Source: Anthoceros angustus
Taxonomy: Eukaryota > Plantae > Anthocerotophyta
NCBI GenBank assembly: GCA_010909165.1
Contig: VJWM01000117.1
Location: 434,001 to 498,000, forward strand
DNA length: 64,000 nt
Direction: 5' to 3'
Below are positions 59,470 through 64,000 of this stretch, one piece after another (position 1 is the stretch's first letter; every line of letters starts with the position of its first letter). A program made the position numbers and the translations under genes. The notes below the pieces were generated by a model. It was not told the origin of the DNA. It did not search any database and saw only the letters and a list, made by a program, of their open reading frames with translations.

Positions 59470-61191
59470 TCTCATCCTTGGCTTCTACGATCCTCCCCAA
59501 CTTGTGGCACTCTGTCCCAAATTCACCTGTGTTATACTTTTTCAAGCCTAGCTTGATCCACCACCTCGAGCCAATTTGTTTCCTTTGATATGGAACGCAG
59601 AATTTTTCTCTCCCAACTTGAACGCTTAAATATGGTGGCACAACCCTTTTCCTCATCTCAGAACTTCTAGGAACTCCACAGGCTTGGGCCGACGCTTAGT
59701 TGCCACTATAGATGCAAAGGGCATCCGACCTTTTCTTGCTCACTCACATTCTTCATGTGGAGGTAGATGTATCCCCTCACAACTTACAATATCCTCATGT
59801 GGTTGTGCTTCAATCTCCTTTCCTTCTTCTCGTGGCGTCGTGCACCTTGGCCACAATGTGCGCCATCACACTCCTCCAACCTCCGGAAGGTGGATTCGCT
59901 GCTCCTTAGGAACACGCAACTTCTCATACTCAAGAGGTGTCTTTCCTGTCACTGCACCATTGGGTACATGACTCATCCCATTGGCACCCGTGTTCATGTT
60001 CTTAGCTTCAAAGATCACGCCAAGAGTGACCTCCACAATCATAGCAAAGCATTCCTCATTTCTTGAATATGCTTCTCAAATCTTTAGTGTGTCCTTCATC
60101 AACACAATTTGAGGGATTAGCTTCTTGGAGAACGCCTTCCACTCAGCCCCATTGGGTTTTGAGCTTTGCTTCATCCCTCCACAAATATCAAGGATTGTGT
60201 TGTTTCTTCATGCAACTGAACTCAATTCTTCATTCCGCTTCATTTGGAGAGATAACTTGGTCTTCAAATTCATCATACAACATTGAAGTTTCTTCACTTG
60301 TTCTCTCAGCTCCTTCATTTCGCAACGACCTTGCTCCGCTTCCATTTCGCAGCCCAAGGCACATGTCCAGAGTGAGACTTTTCTTCACCGTCCAACTCAA
60401 CTCATCTTGCTGTGGTTCAGAAGCCCGGGAATAGTCGCAGGATACCGTAGAAGGATCGCTCCAATGATCCATCAATGCAAGCCTCTCATGACCTCATCCT
60501 TCGAGGGCACATTGTCGAAGCTCTTCTAGTTTAGGGGACACCATTGTAGGGGCCTGAACCCACTGTGTAGCGCTCCCTCTCCTTCTCTTTGCTCATGTTC
60601 CTCATAGTAATATGAGGCATCCTCGCTCTCCCTTCCATCATTCTTACTTCAAAAGTGCATCCTCCTCCTCCCGGCTTCAAAACTTCATTCGAGAGTATAG
60701 ATGTACAAGGAAGGCCGATATATGAGACGCCTTCTGGATAACTCTTTTCCAAATTCTTGCTCACTTACACCATATCCCACATTGTAGTCCCCCAATCAAT
60801 CATCTCTCCTTCACAATCTTCCTAAAACCTGCCAAGGTGTAGAAAGATAATTGTCCTTTTTGCGCAAGAAGCCCAACTAGTATCCTCGCCATGGCTCGTG
60901 GACCTGACACGGCCGATTTTCCAACCATTGCTCGCTCTCGCCGAGAGGATACACGAACATCCCTTCGCGGTACAATCTGAATCCGCCGCTCGTAGGAGGC
61001 GCCCAACCTCATCGCTGTGAGATGGCCCAAAATGACCCAGTACCCAGCTCGGTCAAGACGGACGCCACCTGTCCATCTCCACCGCCCGCTTTCACGTAGC
61101 TCTCGACCAGCGTGCGTGACGCCACTCCTTGCCGAAACTCGAGCCCCAATCGCCGTAAACGCCTTACCAAGGCTTGATCCAGGGATGCCAT
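59470..61191 (-). pseudogene. Long decayed ORF (~570 codons) with a coiled-coil segment, probably transposon-encoded
   Basis: Starts MASLDQALVRRLRRLGLEFRQG; E/K/R-rich stretches (EMEAEQGRCEMKELREQVKKLQ) all fall in one frame interrupted by many stops. Confidence 0.45.
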
Positions 61192-61389
61192 GCTGAAAAA
61201 TCCAGATCGCCTCCTCTCAATCCGCCTGGGCCTAGCTCGCCTTGCCTCCAATGCGCAATGCCGCCTCTCGATTGCTCTCACTCCAGACGCGCCCCACCAT
61301 CCGCCTCTTTCTCGATCCAAGATTAAATGGTCGATACCATGTATGTATATGTAGGCTGCTTGCTTTCGCATTTTGGCACCAACTCATCT

Positions 61390-61990
61390 CACATGTGAAG
61401 AAGAGGGTGAATGTGGCATGCTTAGGTTAGATGGACCGAGAGCCTTGACGTGATTCAAATTCTCGGCATGAAGTAGATGATGTGTACATCCGAAAATCGA
61501 CTTATGCATAACTCCTCCGAGCTTGTCCAAGGTGCAAGATTTCAGAAAGAAGAACAAGAGCGCGTGAGTCATGCTCACATTGTTCCATGGAACAAGAGCA
61601 GCCTAGTGGCCATCGCCACGTGAACAACATCCTTCTACAAGGATGAAACTGTGCATCTCGACTATGATCTCACGCTTTCAACTCGAGACATGATATTGGT
61701 CCCACAATGACAGACATCATACAGCCCATGATTCTTTTAGTAACAGGGTAAGGTGTGCCAAGATGCAAATGCTAAAAGCAAGCTTTTCAAGATACCCATG
61801 TGAGGCTTGCTTGCCACACAGCCCGAGCCAATTGAAGTCTAGGTGCTTCTTGCAGGCGCCCGTGAGGTTTCGCAGGCTCCCAATGCTGTCCACGGCCGGC
61901 ACAGGCAGCAGGAGTGATGCCATGGTCTTCCACCATCAGTCGGAAGCAGGTTGTAGGATTTTTTGTAGGTAGGTGTTTTGAGACTTCCCA
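61390..61990 (-). pseudogene. Second collapsed PPR-DYW (DRH-like) pseudogene with 3' flank, colinear with 54890-57350
   Basis: MVEDHGITP, HGRLQEA, HGYLEKLAF, KREIIVE and EGCCSRGDGH*. Shared DNA blocks with 54930-55000, 56010-56050, 56225-56240, 56455-56495 and 56548-56590. Confidence 0.75.
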
Positions 61991-63215
61991 CCTTGAGGTG
62001 GGAGTGTGAACTTGAACATGTGGTTTTTGTGGCTGCAATTGTGCAAGCATGAGTGACTGCGCACAAGTGTTGGCTTTTCGGTTTGTTTTGTTGCTTCAAG
62101 ATTGTCTTCCACTCGCTCTAGGATTCCAGATCCAATGACACAACTACACCGTAATCACTATCAAGGCATATCATTGTGACTGCAAAATTTCGCAGAGGCC
62201 AACAAACGTTGTAATTTGAGAATCACAGCGCCACCTTTCCCGTCCGAGGCGAATGGTGCATCACAAGACTGGTTGCTTCATTTGCCGAGTGTGATGACCA
62301 TGTCATCGGAAATCCTTCAAGTTGCTCAAAAGCAAGATCCTTCCACAATGTGAGTCTCGCCGCTAATCGCAAAAATCGAAACAAAGGTGCAACACGCTAA
62401 GGAAACAACACGCACTACATGAATACCGGTGTCACTTGAAGATGTTATGTGTGAGCGCCCAATTTCCTTCATTTGCCAGGTTGTATCAAGATCCCATTTG
62501 CGAAATCCTTCTCGAAGTCACATGAGATCAATCACCAAGGTACTTGTGATCACCAACAGACTTTGCATCTGCCACCCCGGCTCGAACAAAAAAAACGTGA
62601 AACAAAGGTGCAAGACGCTACACGCACCATATCACCTAATATGCTCCACACAAAAGCGTTAGAGTTCGCCCTCACATGTCCCGCTCCTAAGACACGCAGG
62701 GTCACTCCGAGCGGCATGATGCAGATGAGGAATTGGATGTCCGCCCAACACCGTGATACCGTGGATGCGATTCAAATTACTATCATCTTCGATCAAGTCG
62801 CCCCATACATCCAAAGCATAACAAAGCATGTTAGTACTCAATCACCAAACGTAGGGCTCCCACATCTGCCCTTCCCGCATATACAAAGTGAAAGCAACAT
62901 GTCTAAGCGGAGGATTTGCGGTCGCTAACGCTGGCCATACTTAACAAAAGTTCCTATATGTATGTGTTGCTTTCATGTATGTGTTCGATCCGATGGAAAC
63001 CCTAAACCCTTATCAAGAAAAGATATGTATGACACCATCCAACACTGGGCCGATGAACGTGTGATAGAATGTTTTTTCCCGCGACGAACCGGAAGTGGTG
63101 GCACGACATTATCGTGTATTATACGTGAGTATCTAAAGGATTCCGTGGCATATTCTAGCGCATAATCAAAAAAAGAAAGTCACACACACACCCGTGTGAC
63201 GGATCAGATTCCATA

Positions 63216-63968
63216 CATGGGAGGAAGGTGGGCATAATTTGTTTTCTTTCTACCTCAAAAGTGCAAAAAGCAAAGAAAACTTTTCTTGGTACGCCATGTA
63301 AAGCACCGATGACAGATGCATATTCAGACAGCCCAAATGCTATCGACAAGAAACTCTCTTTGAACCTTTCAAACCAAAAACTTCTAAAAGTTAAAAAGCC
63401 TCATGGGTATTCGCATCACGGGCATGTGAGGTCACCATAATTGCTGACATGTGAATTCAATACATAAATAAAAATCAAGATTAAAGAGAGTTAAAAAATT
63501 TGAGGATGTCCGATCCGTGCAAAAATAACTGTGAATGATAAAAAATAAGATAAATATAAAAATTAAAAAATTTTGGTAAAGATAGTTATGAAGTTCTATA
63601 ATAACTAGGTGATGAAAAAGATTGAAAATAAAAGCGATTAGGGATAAAAATCAAAAGTATAGGGAGAAATTATTTTTATAATTTTATGTCATAAACTTTA
63701 ATATAAACTAAAATTCAAAAGACTTAGAAGGATTGCAAGAGATATTGCGTTGTATTGCATGGTGCTACAAAGAACCAAAATAACTAGGTCTAGATATCAA
63801 TGGTAAGGCATATCAAACGTGACTACCCATAAAGGAAAGAGGATAAAAAAGGTGCAAAGGCCGCAACTACTCTTAAAACACCCAAGCTCCACACATTAGA
63901 CAAATGGACACATATTTATAAGAACGTCATGATTAAACATCCCGAGCTTAGATCGATACTTAGATGGG
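63216..63968. repeat. Second long copy of repeat module A
   Basis: Colinear with 42886-43706, with many small indels. Confidence 0.92.
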
Positions 63969-63982
63969 TCGGGAGTGCATGC

Positions 63983-64000
63983 ACCCTAAACCCTAAACCC
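63983..64000 (+). repeat. Start of a plant telomeric-type (CCCTAAA)n tract at the window edge
   Basis: ACCCTAAACCCTAAACCC, about 2.5 units, cut by the end of the window. Confidence 0.45.

Noticed and set aside
62996-63010. AAACCCTAAACCCT as a telomere remnant
   Set aside because: Two units only; isolated telo-box motifs occur several times in the window.

Overview
Eukaryotic land-plant nuclear DNA, most likely a hornwort (Anthoceros-like). This is inferred from compact genes with ~90-110 bp introns, GC-rich exons and several PLS-class PPR genes, including a KPAxA/DRH-type DYW protein. Apparently intact genes: three PPR editing-factor genes, a plastid aldo-keto reductase, ATG101, a PHD + 2xMBD (MBD9-like) gene, importin-11 and MAP2. 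A DnaJ-zinc-finger/Trp-rich gene has one frameshift. These genes sit between three accessory regions (about 8.7-14.6 kb, 21.7-30.6 kb and 41.3-64 kb) full of gene shards (LRR-RLP, SPFH, DRP1, SCPL, PPR-DRH), tandem micro-duplications and a MITE. A kinase-less TIO/FUSED remnant joined to an LRR-RLP fragment lies next to ATG101 (16.5-18.8 kb). The right-hand region also holds a TORNADO1-like LRR-Roc-COR gene with deleted tandem copies and a very GC-rich foldback element beside a decayed ORF. Many frameshifts between 38 and 55 kb are single-base changes in homopolymer runs, so some 'pseudogenes' there may be long-read consensus errors. Family assignments come from recalled motifs; no database searches were run.
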